A stretch of DNA of 64,000 nt from Octopus sinensis. Its lineage: Eukaryota. Positions 10,278 to 25,190 of this stretch are shown piece by piece. Within the stretch, counting starts at the first letter, position 1, and every line of letters begins with the position of its first letter. A model generated the notes under the pieces. That model worked only from the letters and a program-made list of their open reading frames with translations. It made no database searches and was not told the origin of the DNA. Made by a program: the position numbers and the translations under genes. The stretch is taken from NCBI RefSeq assembly GCF_006345805.1, contig NC_042997.1:9982001-10046000 (forward strand), written 5' to 3'.

Positions 10278-12959
10278 ATTTTGCTTTAATAATATATTTG
10301 TTTCATCGATGCACAGGGATACCCAAAGCCATGGGTATAATGGATCAGAAAATCGGCGTGATGAAATATCAACGACCCAACCATGGCCACTACCAGTGAA
10401 CGAAACATAAGTCTCCTTCCTCACCCAAAACACTGCCGATATAGATAAGGATACATGTGCATTTATTTCTTTGTCTACATGCTTGTGCCTGTTGATGAAT
10501 GCCAACAGATATTCATGTCAGACTATGAAATTGATAGACAAAGTGCCATTCAATGTTGTTATCCGTTCTTCCTTCACACACATGCAGTCTAACCACAGAT
10601 AGAGATACAAACCATAGAATACGTATGTAAATGTTTACTCTCTCAAACATTTCATAGAATCCATATCGCACGCATTTGCGGTAATCCACGCTCAGATCTC
10701 TCTTACAAAATGCACAAAAATACACATCCAATCCCTTTCTCTCTCACATCTTCATAAATATAAATAAATCCTCTGAAAAATAGGAAACAGATAGACTTGG
10801 GCGGGAGATGGCATGTCATTGATGAGGGAGCAAATGGCAACGAAGAAACACTAACGATGATTGATTGACCCAATGATGAATCAATCAATGGATTAGATAC
10901 TTAGTTAATGATTAACTACAAGATTATTATAATTAATGAAGTGAAATAGAACCAGTACATGTACTTCTAATTGGCATAATGTCCTTCCCCATGTACATCC
11001 AAACCTGTTTGAACACACATTTCCCATGAATAATCTTGCAAACCAAATTAAAAATAAATAGAATTTTCCTTAGAAGTTAGCCAACCAATACATATATAGA
11101 GTTATTATTAATACGATATAGTGTTATTATTATTATTGTTCACGTAGCCTTAAGTAGAAGACAAACTATCATCCCTACCTTGCTAAGATTCCCTGATGCT
11201 CGCGACTATATACCCGAGGAAACTAACTTCGGTACAGTAGGTCAACCATTCAAGGCCTACCACATTAAATCACACCACCGTGTGGTATCTATGTAGAATA
11301 ATCTGCATTCGGTTGTTGAAAATAACTGTCTTGTTCGATCAAGACAGTGACACTCCATCATCAGTAGTATAAGAACCAATAACAGAAGCGACTTGACCTA
11401 CTAAAGTTAGTAGCAAAACATCCTTGAAATCATACCCCGCCTTCCAAAATGTATAGCCATTATATAGAATAATGCTGAAATTTATACAAGAGATTGGATT
11501 GGCCATTGATGAAATTATTTTGATCAGAAGTCTACACGATCAAGGCTGACATAAGTTTAAAACCAATGACAGCAACATCATGACCATATAGAACATCTGA
11601 AATCTCTTTACACTGAAATAAAATAAAAGCTTCATTCTATTCGTTGTGGCCAATCTATCTTACGATCAGATGAAAAATTGCAGACTTCCCTTTCTTTCGG
11701 TTACAAATTGAAATTACTGTTAAACAAGATCGTTAACTAAATCTAAAAGAAAATTCCATTTATCAGGATCGATAAGCAATCGGTCAATCATAATCTTCAT
11801 CACTTAAGCTATCAGCAGGTTGGAGCCTTTCTTTTGTCTTTGCAACCATATCTGAAATAACCTCTCAAAGTTACTCGTGACTTAATGGTTCCTTCACAGA
11901 GTAACATTCCAAATATTATTCTCGATCAATCATTCTCTTTCCTCGCTATATTTTTCCTCTTTCTCTCTTAACTTTTCTTTCTTCTTTTCCCCACTTATAC
12001 ATTCTTACAGAAAACGCTCTGCTGAAATAAGTCGAATAAATAGACTTGAACAACGTTTTGTTACCTATGACACATCTAATAGTTTCTGAGATACCAGCAT
12101 TAGATTTTTCGCCAACAAATTTAACAAAATTTCTCCTATCTTCTATAATGACAAAAATAAGAAACAAAACGAAATGCTGAAACAACAGTACCACTACCAC
12201 TGCCAACAACAACAATAGTAAGAGCAATTTCAGTTTTCACTAGACGCATATGTACTTATTACTATTGGCGTGTATAGACAATGAAGTTGATTCAAATATT
12301 ACGATTGTATTACTGGTACTTGCTTGATTGATCGAAGTCAAATTAAAGGCAATTTTTTCAGGTGTAATTTCAGTGAGAATGGTTTGGTCATATAGCCATG
12401 ACCGAGCCAGTTCCCCTTCGTTCTAAATAAACTGTTGTAGTTGCTTCGTCTATGAACAAACCTGATCGAACTGGTCAATGAAGGAATACGTTCCAGTAGT
12501 GGCACCAACCGATGTTTTAGTTTCTTAGACTGCATTATTAAATGTCATTCCATTTTCATGAGATAGAAAGGTGTGATATAAGGGACATATGAGACTGGTA
12601 TTTCTGGCACATTGAGTAGTATCACTACTACGATGTAAATCTAGCATTTGAAGTACTGTACATCTGATAAGTGTTTCTCAACAAATTCACTGTTGGACTC
12701 AGTTTGTAGTTTTGGTTCAGATCAGATATATTTGATTTATACCTAGGTGCCGTAACTTATATATTTGGAGATATTAATAGGTTATGAAATACATTCTAAG
12801 GATAAATTTGTACAACATTTTTGTAGAATATCTACATAAGGACAATTGCAGCTAATGATTAAATTTATAAATTCAAAACTTCAAATGCAAATTTCTGAAC
12901 GAGAAAAAGTTCAATACCAAGTCTGTTGTCTTGTAACAGACACAACCTCACACATAAAA

Positions 12960-13053
12960 TCTCTCTCTCTCCCCTCTCTCCTTCTCTCTCTCTCTCTGTC
13001 ATACACACACACACATATACATATGTACATATACATATATAAATGTGTATGTA

Positions 13054-13113
<60 letters not shown>

Positions 13114-13220
13114 TGTATGTATGTATGTATGTATGTATGTTTGGTATATGTATGCGTGTATTTATATATGTACGTATGTATACATACCATCCATATCATA
13201 CATGCATACATACATGACGC
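12960..13220. repeat. Compound microsatellite (CT)n/(TA)n/(ATGT)n
   Basis: Read directly from the sequence. Confidence 0.95.
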
Positions 13221-14329
13221 AGTTAACATCAGATATACTGATGTAGAGGACCAATTTAAAAAATGACTTTTTGAACATTTTCTCCTACAATTACGCCAAC
13301 GCTTCCAGCCTAAATCAGTAACTGTTAGAAATAACTGAAGTATTTTTACTTACAAGCTTAGCGTTGTTCAGACTAGAATAAAAAAATATACTTTACACTA
13401 CGTACAATTTCGCTTTTACTTCAATGGCCGATATTGATAACAACGCCGTCAGCACCGATACCGGTGAAAGCAGCACTACGACACTTGTGATTGATTTAGC
13501 TTGTCGCACGTATTCTTTTCACTTCACTTTAGGCTTATTTTTTTTTATCAAGATTTACTTCGGTGCTATGAAAAATCCACCCGATATAACCCTCCTATCA
13601 GTTATATATAGCAGTTAAAAACACCGCAGGCACGAATTTCACCAAAACGCAGTATATTTTATGGAAAAATCGCCTAGACAATATGCATTTTCCGTTGCTA
13701 AGAGTGGGCTACCACAAAAAGCTATTATTATTTTAAGTCATGTTATGTTAACTGACCTTCTCAAACCACTGAGAAACGAGGAACATTTACAACAAGAGAG
13801 ACCGAAATTTACAACAAGAGAGACCGAAAATAATGTAAATAGGAAAATGACACTCGACTGAACTCTCATATAGCTCTTCGTATAAATGAATTGGCGGTGA
13901 CGATTGTAGAATATATCCAATTTAAGAACATTTTGAAACTGCAGGTCATATGATAATTTTTCCAACTTATTCTGAGCTGTCGGCAAGCGGCAGGATATTT
14001 TTAAAGTAGAGGTCAAATGCCTCTATATTAAAAGTTATTGATGATGTTAGTAGAGAGTAAATGGGATATTTGACCATAACTATTGGACAATGAATACACA
14101 ACTGCTATTACTCTTAAAGGACACATTGGAGAAACCTGCCGACCAGGCGCTGATTAACTGTGTAAAACAAAACCTGAAGAAAGCATCAAAAACCCGTACT
14201 GCCACATTAGATTTTTAAGCATGATATTAAAATGTAAGGAAGATAATGATTTCACCCCTCACCAGTTACATTTATGCAAACACTAAGGTGACTTTTCACG
14301 TGAAGCTCTATTAAACTAAAACTCAGACG

Positions 14330-14949
14330 AGCCCTTGAGATTCTAAGATACAACTGAGAATGGCGATTATGTCCCATTCCCGCGGAAGACAATATGCATG
14401 TAACCAGTAACTGGCTAAAAATATCAAGATGCTAACTCCTAATGTGACATGACGTTGTCGCGAAAGAATATGGAAGGCCATCCAAAAAATAGACTGTGCT
14501 GGAATAAATATAGAGAATACTCTTGTTGCAGAACACATGCAAAATAATGAAAACAAGGAATATTAGTGGATCATTTTAATCAAAACTTTTATCACGAGCA
14601 AGCATAACAGGCCGGGTGCAATTGTTTGGAAAATACAAGAAAATGTAGGTACCACCATAGAAATCAGGTGCCTGCTGATGTGAATGTCACTTCGAAAACC
14701 AAAGGGAAAGGTGATAAGTATGGACAGCTATTTCGAAATCTTCAGCTTCTATACCCAGGTTATAAATTCAGATTTATATTAATAATAATTAGTGCACTTG
14801 GTGGTTTTGTTAGCAAATACCATAGGGACACTCTCGAAAAGCTAGGATTTTCAGAAAAAGGAATTAACTAGCTAATATGCATATTGCAAATACAATTTGT
14901 AAGGAAAATAGTAAAAACGTGGAAGACTTTCCTCGAGTTCAAAGTGTGA
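14330..14949 (+). mobile_element. 3' end of an RLE-type (R4/Dong-like) LINE, divergent lineage
   Basis: Decayed RHDVVAK, KHNRPG (catalytic PD changed to PG), CPADVNV..KYGQLFRNLQLLYPGYKFRFILIIISALG...KTWKTFLEFKV*, matching a restriction-like endonuclease C-terminus. Confidence 0.7.
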
Positions 14950-15229
14950 CATTGTTTTTGTTATTTACATTCCAACGATGAAGTTTTCTGTCTTTGTTAC
15001 ATTTTTAGCTCCTTGTTTGTATATAATATCATATTTGTTGAAATATGAAAGGAAATAAATATTGCAGACAGTATGCTATTCGGTTTACAAACGAGAAGCA
15101 AAATGTAATCAATATAGAATAGAGTTTATTCATTTATTCATTTATTCAAATCTCTGGCTTTCGCCTCATCGCTACTCTGGATTTCCCGCTTTCATTTTCA
15201 CGTAGATGTATGATGCACAATATATACAT

Positions 15230-15278
15230 TCATAATACACACACACACAAACACACACACACAAACACACATACATAT

Positions 15279-15330
<52 letters not shown>

Positions 15331-15359
15331 ATACATATATATACATATATATATATATA

Positions 15360-15411
<52 letters not shown>

Positions 15412-15475
15412 TGTATGTATGTATACATATGTGCATACATATACACAAACACAAACACACACACACAAATATATA
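15230..15475. repeat. (CA)n/(TA)n compound microsatellite
   Basis: Read directly from the sequence. Confidence 0.95.
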
Positions 15476-16329
15476 CATGTTTCTGTTAAAATGAAAATGA
15501 ATAAATGAAATTATAGTAAATTGTTATCTAACTACGTTGAATAATACGATGAAGTAAACAAAGAATTTATATATATTCGATTTTTAAAGTGAGATTAAAC
15601 CTTCGATTTCTGTTGGATAGAATAACACTGCGATAGCAAAGGAACACAAATTAAACATTTCAAATCCATTGGAAAAGGTGAGAACTGGTAATTTTAGGCC
15701 TTGAAAAAAAAAATCTACCTTTGGAATCTAAAGCTGAAATTGAATCTAAAGAAAATGCATGAAATAATCGTTGAATTGTATCGAGCTGGCAGACTGCTTT
15801 AGAAGCATAACATCACTTTGCACAAATATTCATTGAGTCATAATACATATCAAAGAAAGTATGTCTCTTAAAAAACAATTATCTGCGTTGAAAAAAAGAT
15901 ATCTAGCACAATAGCAATAATTATTTTAATTAGTTGATTTTTAATTACTTCCGTTATTCTACTTCACTTCTCCCAATTAATGACTTTTTATGAGCTTACT
16001 TAAAATGAGGATAATTAATGAACCATTTGCATCATTATACTAAAGTAACCTAAACTAATGCTAACTCTGAAACACCTCCATTCCCACGTTTCCACCAGGT
16101 ATTGACCAAAAGAAGCTGATATTGATCATCAACTGTATCGACATCATCCTTCAATATGTCATCCGCACATCTAATTCTTCCCGTCTAAAATAAAAATAAA
16201 AATTAATCTAAATATTTCTACGTATTTGTTTACAAACTGAAATCTTATCGCTGTTATGACTTATAAATAAACTATGACTTTTAGCTTTGAAATCTTGATT
16301 GATGATAAATATATAAAGAATTTCAAAGC

Positions 16330-17130
16330 ATTCACCTTTGCCAAGCAATAGAGGAACAGATACAAAATAAGTAAAGGAAGTTACTCGAATTCCATTAAAC
16401 TACTGTATCAATTCTTTTTTAATATCACATATATCCACGAAAGATAGTAACCACAAAAATCTAAAATTCCCCACATTTTTGACTGGATGGCCATAGAAAT
16501 TTGACATTTCACCCGAATACAAACATTTTAATTTAGAAAAATAAACTAGCTCACGTTACCCAACACAGATATAAAACAGTTCACCCTTTCTGATTTAAAA
16601 CACAACTAGATGATTTTTTCGATGATTCCATAGTAACAAAACAAAGACAAGGTTTATTTAATTGTATGTCATTGATGAATTATTCCCAATAAACCTTGGT
16701 TATTTCTACAATTCATACATTTCACAGAGATTTCCACAGAAATCTTACAATAAAACCTTACTACCATTATGCGTGTCAACAGTTCCTTCCAGTTTAGTGA
16801 AGACACATATAAAGAACGAGAGAACAAGTGATTTTCATGCTACAACAAAAAGCTTTAAAGACACTGAAGCTTGTGAATTACTAGGTGTATTGCAACTCAG
16901 TTGATTAGTAAATGCATCTTATGCCATTAGTATAAGCTTATAGCTGGATTACTGTTTTATGATATTGAATAGTTCATGCGCGAAAACGAATCATTACAAC
17001 ATGTACATAATTCAGACTAGAAATTAAAATGAAATTGATAGCTAAATTTTCCACATTACGCTTCGCCTTAGGTTAGCAAATGACAGCTCATTCCACAAAC
17101 GCATAAAATCGAACTTACTTCACGGTTTAA
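16330..17130 (+). mobile_element. Highly decayed Penelope-like RT relic
   Basis: ORF 16662-16904 has YVIDELFP.. and DTEACELLG, resembling PLE RT motifs FDIxxFYP and DGAEICELVG. The surrounding sequence is heavily eroded. Confidence 0.3.
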
Positions 17131-17214
17131 AATAATGTCCAAATATATCAGCTAAACAATAATGAGATCTTTACCCAGATACGACGTCGTCTTTAAATAC
17201 AGGTCACGCAATAC

Positions 17215-17668
17215 TGGTTTCAGAATTTGGTACGAGGCCAGCAACTTGGTGGAAGGGTTTAAGTCGATTACACCAACCCCAGTGATCAACTGGTACTTAC
17301 TTTATCGACCTTGAAAGGATGAAAGACAAAGTCAACCTCGCCTGAATTTGATCTCAGAATGCAAAGACGGTTGAAATGCCGCTAAGAATTTTGCCCGGCG
17401 TGCTGACAATTATGTCTGCTCATCAACTTATAGCGTCACATGATATTGGTTTCAAATTATGAACAAGGATAGTAATTTTAGGAGAAGAGGTAAGTCGATT
17501 ACATCGACACCAGCAAACAACTGGTACTTATTTTATCAACCCCGAAAAGATGAAAAGCAAAGACAACCTCGGCGGCGTTTGAACTCAGAAATAAAAACGA
17601 AAATCGGAGGAAATATCGCGAAGCACTTTACCTGGAGCGCAAACGATTCTGCTTGCCTACCGCCTTAA
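17215..17668 (-). mobile_element. Two adjacent SINE family 1 monomers
   Basis: Cores at ~17305-17360 and ~17518-17590, each with its own head and tail. Confidence 0.85.
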
Positions 17669-18601
17669 AGTCACATAATATTAAAAGGGTACATTATTAT
17701 TCAGCCACACTCAAAGGAAAGTAGCAACTAGATACTCACTAGTCTTAAAATACTTAAATATGGCCTAACTTACCGTTCTAGAAGCCTGTGTAGCAAGATA
17801 CGTCCCTATATCTCGAACGTATACAACTAGCAGTTAGCTGTCAACTATATTCAGATTATATGTAGGGTTATAAAAGTTCGGTTTTAAAAACATGTATGCA
17901 AAACTTAGGAAAGTGCTTGTTAAAGTAAATGATTTATATATCGCTATGACGCAATAAAAATTACACTCCACTGCCTGAAATAAAACAGAAGTATAAGTTA
18001 GAGAATGAAGTCAGTGATACAATGTGTTTCGGTGATCATAGTCTCATCGGAATGACTTTGACATTGACCACAGGAATAGTGAAGTTAGGTAACAAAAATA
18101 ATGGCAATAACAACAACATTTCGGATTCGCAGAGCATGTACTTGTAACTAGTATACTCTAGCACGTCAGCCCAAAATATAAATGTCACTTAAAAGACATT
18201 AAAATCATATATAAACAATACATGGAAAACGTTAGAAAAAGAATTTCAAAAAAGTTTAGTACAGCATCGAAGGACTATAACCCCTATTATACTGTAGTAT
18301 GCTGCATCATTTACCACAAAAATGCAGTTGTAATTTGGATAACAAGAAAACAATGTATACCTGTTCACTGTTACAAGTGCAAATCCTATCCGATGAGGTT
18401 TACGGCAGACCCATGTGATGCATGATAAAGAAAGCGTATGATGCAACGTAGCATGTAGAGAGCTTTTGTTTTCTTGATTCCCAACTTGCAACTATTATCC
18501 ATTATTCATTTTAACTCATTTTAACCCACTATAGTGATATAGTGAATTGCTTATCTGTTTGATCGAAACCGTTCAATATTGGTTAGTGATATTGTATTTC
18601 T

Positions 18602-18603
<2 letters not shown>

Positions 18604-18672
<69 letters not shown>

Positions 18673-18806
18673 ATATATATTTACATATATATATACAATG
18701 TGTGTTTATATATGTGTATATATATATATATGTGCATATATGTGTGTGTATGTATATATACATAGAAATACACGCATATAGATATAGACATATATATATA
18801 TATATT

Positions 18807-18859
<53 letters not shown>

Positions 18860-18875
18860 ATAGATATATAGATAT
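18604..18875. repeat. (TA)n and (GATA)n microsatellites
   Basis: Read directly from the sequence. Confidence 0.95.
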
Positions 18876-19589
18876 GTGTATATATATGATACATGTAGAT
18901 AGATTCGGTATATAAGAATAGACGCACATGTATACACACACATACATATGAAGAAATAATCACATAAATGCATATATGTGTTTGTGTCTGTGTCTGTATG
19001 AGGTCATATATATGTTAATGTGTGTGATGGATTGTATGCATGAGTATATATGTAGAATATCAAGAATTCACTTATTGATTATTAAATTAATATGACTCAC
19101 TAATGACTCAGGTTTAGTTCATTAGTTCATGACAGGCCCCAATTTTCCTTAATCAAATAGAAAAACTACTATATGCCATCTTATCGCATTGTAACTATAT
19201 TCCATATTGGTGAGTATATGACTGTGTGTTTGTGGTATGAGTGTATAAGTACATACAGTTTATAGGTATGTATTTGTGTGCAGATATTTGTGTGCAGGTT
19301 TGTGTGCAGGTGTTTGCATCCGCATCATCACACATGTATATTATTTACTTATTAGAAACAGCTAGAAACTAATCCACTAATCATTTTGCGTATACAGTTA
19401 TAAAAACACCTTCACACACATACAGATACATACACGTATTCATTAACACATTCCTACATATGATTATACACACATGTGTATAAATATATGTGTATATAAT
19501 TTCCTTGTAATCTTGACTGAAATACTCAGCTTGAACATTAATTATGAATGCACAAGAACACATGTGTGTGTGTGTGAATATTCATGTAA

Positions 19590-19624
19590 TACATACATAC
19601 ACATAAGCATGTATATATGTACTA

Positions 19625-19660
<36 letters not shown>

Positions 19661-19701
19661 CATAAATACATACATATACATAAGCATGTATATATGTACT
19701 A

Positions 19702-19737
<36 letters not shown>

Positions 19738-19778
19738 CATAAATACATACATACACATAAGCATGTATATATGTACTA

Positions 19779-19815
<37 letters not shown>

Positions 19816-19830
19816 GCATAAATACATACA
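19590..19830. repeat. 77-bp tandem minisatellite, 3 copies
   Basis: taagcatgtatatatgtactatgca(ta)n starts at 19604, 19681 and 19758. Confidence 0.9.
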
Positions 19831-20700
19831 TATACATAAAAATGCCTGCATACACATATATTTATGTGTGTGTGTGTGCGTGTCCGTTTACATATTTTTT
19901 TCTGTTGTAAAGAGCAATATATTAAATAAAATCAAACACATCGTTTGGATTGGAATTATATAATAAGCGACACCTAACCACATTAGGAGAAAATTACACC
20001 CTGAAGCAACGTAACCAAATTTGCAATTAACATAAGAGCTAACCTCTTAATGGTGTACTTTCGAGCTGATTAACATTTCCCTTAGGATGGTTAAAATGTG
20101 GACGATGGCAATATTAACGATAAGCGATGGTGTCTGCTGCTGTTTCTGTCAAGTGAAGGTCAATGATGCGGCTACATTTAATGATAGCTCTGTCAAAGCT
20201 CTAAGACTGGTGTCATGTAATGCCAGTTAGATTCGCTAATATAATTTAATATGAACCATATATGTTAGTTAGCTGTGATTATGTTTCTGATTTAGATATA
20301 AATTGGAAATTTATCTAGATCTTAGGGATGTAACATTTACGAGTACATGTGTAGCAAAACTTACACTATTTAGTTTAAACTAGCGGAACTTCGCCATTTT
20401 CACTCCGGAAGAATTAATATTAGGAATGGAGTTGATTATAAATAGAAGTATTGGCTTATAAATTATAGACTCGTATGGAGTTTTATTTAGTTTTATTTTG
20501 AAAAGAATATTTTAATGTTTATATAGTTAACCATGTCTTCGTCAGGAAAAGTCACCTCTAATGCTAAAAAGTAATCTAACTACACGAACCCTTTCAGTAA
20601 TAATATAGCATCTTTTTCAGTCATTGTGTTGTCATGATAACTCATTGACTCTAGATATCACCTGAGAGTAACAAATATTTATGTAATTATTTACAATTAT

Positions 20701-21085
20701 AGGCGCAGGAGTGGCTTGCTTACCAACCACATGGTTCGGGGTTCAGTCCCACTGCGTGGCAACTTGGGAAAGTGTCTCCTACTATAGCCTCGGGCCGACC
20801 AAAGCCTTGTGAGTGGATTTGGTAGACGGAAACTGAAAGAAGCCCGTTGTGTATATATATATGTGTGTGTTTGTGTGTCTGTGTTTATCCCCCCAACATC
20901 ACTTGACAACCGATGCTGGTGTGTTTACGTCCCCCGTAACTTAGTGGTTCAGCAAAAGAGACCGATAGAGTAAGCACTAGGCTTACAACAAAGAATAAGT
21001 CCTGAGGGTCGACTTGCTCGACTCAAGGCGGTGCTCCAGCATGACCGCAGTCAAATGACTGAAACAAGTAAAAGAGTAAAAGAAT
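20701..21085 (+). mobile_element. SINE family 2 (tRNA-like head, internal TA/TG microsatellite)
   Basis: aggcgcaggagtggc...ggttcagtccc head, ttggg.aagtgtct body, (ta/tg)n linker, and tail ccagcatgaccgcagtcaaatgactgaaacaagtaaaagagtaaaag. A tail fragment recurs at ~37390-37432. Confidence 0.85.
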
Positions 21086-24004
21086 TATACAAAAAATATT
21101 TTTCTAAGATAAATTTCAATATGATCTTGTCTTCAAATTAAATTCGAGAATATTCCTTGTTCTATCTGCATCTGTTCATATTCGGACACAACTACCTTCG
21201 TCCAATAAATCTTAAGGGGAAAATTAACACACACTATTTAGTGCTTTACTGTATTCAGTTTCATCAGCAAAAGAAAATGAATTTAAAGACATCCCAGCAT
21301 CAAGTCCAGAGTGATTTTTTTTTATCTTGTCTAAAATGATACGAAAATGACGGCTTAAAACATTTGCAGAATATTGTTTGAAGAGCTGCTTGCAACATCA
21401 TTTATTTGGACATCCGTTTTTATGGGATAATAAAATGTGCAGTGATCGATGAGATCGGAGAATGACTTTTAACATTAGGTTCAATAAGAACTCATCAATC
21501 ACTGACTCACTCAAATAATCAATCAATATTTCGTCCCCATCATGAAAGTAAAATAAATGGTGTTTATTGCTCGAAGTATTCCATATCAAAGATATCCCTC
21601 AATGGGTGACTAGTCCTGTTAAGTTCATAATGAGATTAGATAACTATTGTGTTGACTAAGATCATTAGTGAAATGTCTGTGAACAATGAAGTATATACAA
21701 CAATAAATGAAATAACAAAATTAGGTTGCAGACTCGTGTAACAGAATTTTTTTTCATTTGCAAGTTATTATATTTTGAAAAGAAAAATAAACTTCATCCG
21801 ATTATCTTATGAGGTCTCATTTAAATGGTGAGGATTCTTGTTGCGTGCTGGAGTCTCTATTTGAAGAGCGAGTATTCATGATGAGTGCGAGAGTGTCGCT
21901 TTGAAGAGCGTGAGGCCCTATTATGTGATAGAGGAGTCTTTCGAAGCGTAAGTACACAAGTAGCGCGACGGAAGCTGCATTTGAAGAGTGGATATCTATG
22001 TGGCGTGATAGAGGCTACATTAGAAAAATACAGTTCGCGTTGCATGATAGAGTTTCCATTTGATAATTGAATATTCATATTCATATACTGTTTAGGAACA
22101 AATTATCCTTCAATTTTTATTATTGGGATATTTAAATGGGGGCCATGAAAGGAAACGAAACACTTGCCAATAATATAGATTTCTCACAATTCAAGAGTTA
22201 ATGTGCACCTTTCTATAGTTTTACAAGTTACGAAATATAAATACAGGTAGTTATATCCATTATCGTATACATAAAGAAGTTTATTATGGCAAAGTATGAT
22301 TGACTAGGTACAGTGAAGCTATCATCAAAAAAGTTGGTAAATTATTGATACACGTAGAAATTCAATACATCAATACTGGAATAAAAATGACCTATTGAGA
22401 GCCAATGGGTGCAATAGATTTCTTTGGATCTTCAAGTAAGAATATATATTAATGGTTCTCATCACTATTTCTAGGGTTTCAGAAAATATTGAATGCCTAA
22501 CAGTAGGATAAGAAAATATACGTTAAACATACAATGCTCCTACGATGTTAAGATATATCTACCTTACGGCAATTGCGTACAGGAAAATAGGTAGAGCAAT
22601 TTGTGAATTAAATATTTTGCCTATGGATAACAGGCTACAAGCACTTCAGTAGTTGACTTGTACTCCAAAAGTCGTACGAGTGAAGCTTCGGCGTCATTTG
22701 GCTGTCTTAGAAGACTAAGGAATCACAGCATGCATATCGTGACCGATGTTAACATATTTCTCTTACTATGAACCATATTTATAAAACTACAAAAAGTATA
22801 ATAATAAATAATATGTCATATACAGCAAGGCAATGCTAAGATCGCAATATCTGTGCGAATGTTTCCTACTACGGTTATGTATGTAGATATATATGTGTAT
22901 TTGTGGTGTGTGTAAGCCAATGCGATTATATATATATATATATATATATACACATTTGTTTGTATACACGGATGTATATGTGTCCGTGTGTTTGTGTACT
23001 GAATAGAGAAATCGCCAAGAAAACGTATCCGCTTGACAAAAGATAAACATAATCTCTTCAACAATTTCTGCAAATATATTTGCTTTTTTACCATCTGCCA
23101 TTTATTTCCTGTTTATCTTCTGCCAAAATAATAATAATCAATAAATAAGTAAAAAAAAATCGAAAAAATAAATGGAAATAACTACCAAATATTCAAATCA
23201 CGTTTTGACATCATCTCTGCTTCGGACACATTTCCACATTTCCAGCGATCATGGCATACTTCTTTTCAAATACTTCAAAACGGCATTAAACACACACACA
23301 CACACACACACACACCACACACACACACACACACATACAACACACACACACACATGCAGAGACAAATATTATGTACAACAAAACAAATGCGAACACAGCC
23401 ACGGAAATACACACTGATGCATATATACACGTATGTATATATGTGTGTGTATGTATGCATGTGTGTTTGTATATGTATACATGTGTGGGAGTGCATGTAT
23501 GTGTGTATATATATGTTTACGTATATACGCAGAAGAATATGAGTATAAAGAATATTTTTAATATTACATAAGACATACTGTATACCTTCTGCTGCATCAT
23601 TCACAAGCGTTTACCTTTACATGCGTACACCGAACACCATACATGGTATACATATGCGAGCACATATACAGATGCATACTTGTATATATATATATATGTA
23701 TATATATATATACGCATGTATGTGTGCGTGTATGCATATATGTATGTATATGAATGAAGATTATGTACGTGGAAGTGTCTATGACTAAGTATGTTCGGTT
23801 ATATACCAGGCTTTAGATATATATATATATATATATATGCATATATAAATATAGGCATACATTCATACAAACATACATACACGCATACAAACGCGTACAT
23901 GCTCAGAAACAGGTAAGAAAGTCTTTGTGTCGATCTCTCTACCTCTCTCTACCTCTCTCTGTCTCTCTCTCCATGCATACACAACGCACACACATGTATA
24001 TGTA

Positions 24005-24051
<47 letters not shown>

Positions 24052-24286
24052 TATATATATACACACAGGGAATCAGAGAGTTAAAGAGAAATCATGAAAA
24101 AAAAGAGACGTATGTATACAATTTGTTTTGGCGCAACCATCAGAGAGTATACATATACATCTTTAAAATTTTTGACTTTAGGTTAAGTTAGACAAGTAAA
24201 TAATAATGAGCAAATGACTATAAAAAAGGAGTATTGGAATAAGAGAACGATCATCATCTTCATCCCCTTGTGGCCAATAATAGAAA

Positions 24287-24705
<419 letters not shown>

Positions 24706-25150
24706 AAGTATATGTATATATGTATAAGTAATGTAAGAAAACCGAACGAAAATATACACAATTGAATTGAAAAAAAAATTAATGCAAATATTAAGAAAAA
24801 ATATCAAACGTTAAATGCTCATTCTATTTGATTTTTTTTTTTTTTGTGTTTTTCACGTCTTTCCCCTATCTTTTCTTTGAACTTCCTTTCGGTCTTCGAG
24901 AAATTGGTATATTTACTTTTTGAAGAGAAGTTTCTTTTACATTTCTTGTTTTTTCCCCGCTTTGCTAATTGATTTTAGTCTTAGTCGATACAGTTCCGAA
25001 GCATTTGATGAGTAACTGCAGGTCGTTTGTTCTCCGGTTCCACGAAGTATGACGGGAAAAACGTCCAGGATTTTCGAAGAAAAAAATAAATTATCATTTA
25101 GCAAAAGAAAAAGTGAAAGAAATCAAAATTTTTATCCTCTTCCTTAATCG

Positions 25151-25190
<40 letters not shown>

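Noticed and set aside
11130-11580. Probable eroded SINE/LINE tails (also at ~22620, ~57790 and ~59340)
   Set aside because: Too degenerate to assign boundaries or family with confidence.
12338-12535. 65-aa non-repetitive minus-strand ORF
   Set aside because: No recognisable motif or convincing splice sites; this length is expected by chance.
13786-13830. 22-bp tandem duplication tttacaacaagagagaccgaaa
   Set aside because: Two adjacent copies with no spacer: a simple local duplication, not a CRISPR-like array.
21850-22050. GC-richer patch with recurring tttgaagag and gtgatagag words
   Set aside because: No consistent period or alignable unit; the ORFs on both strands are unrecognisable.
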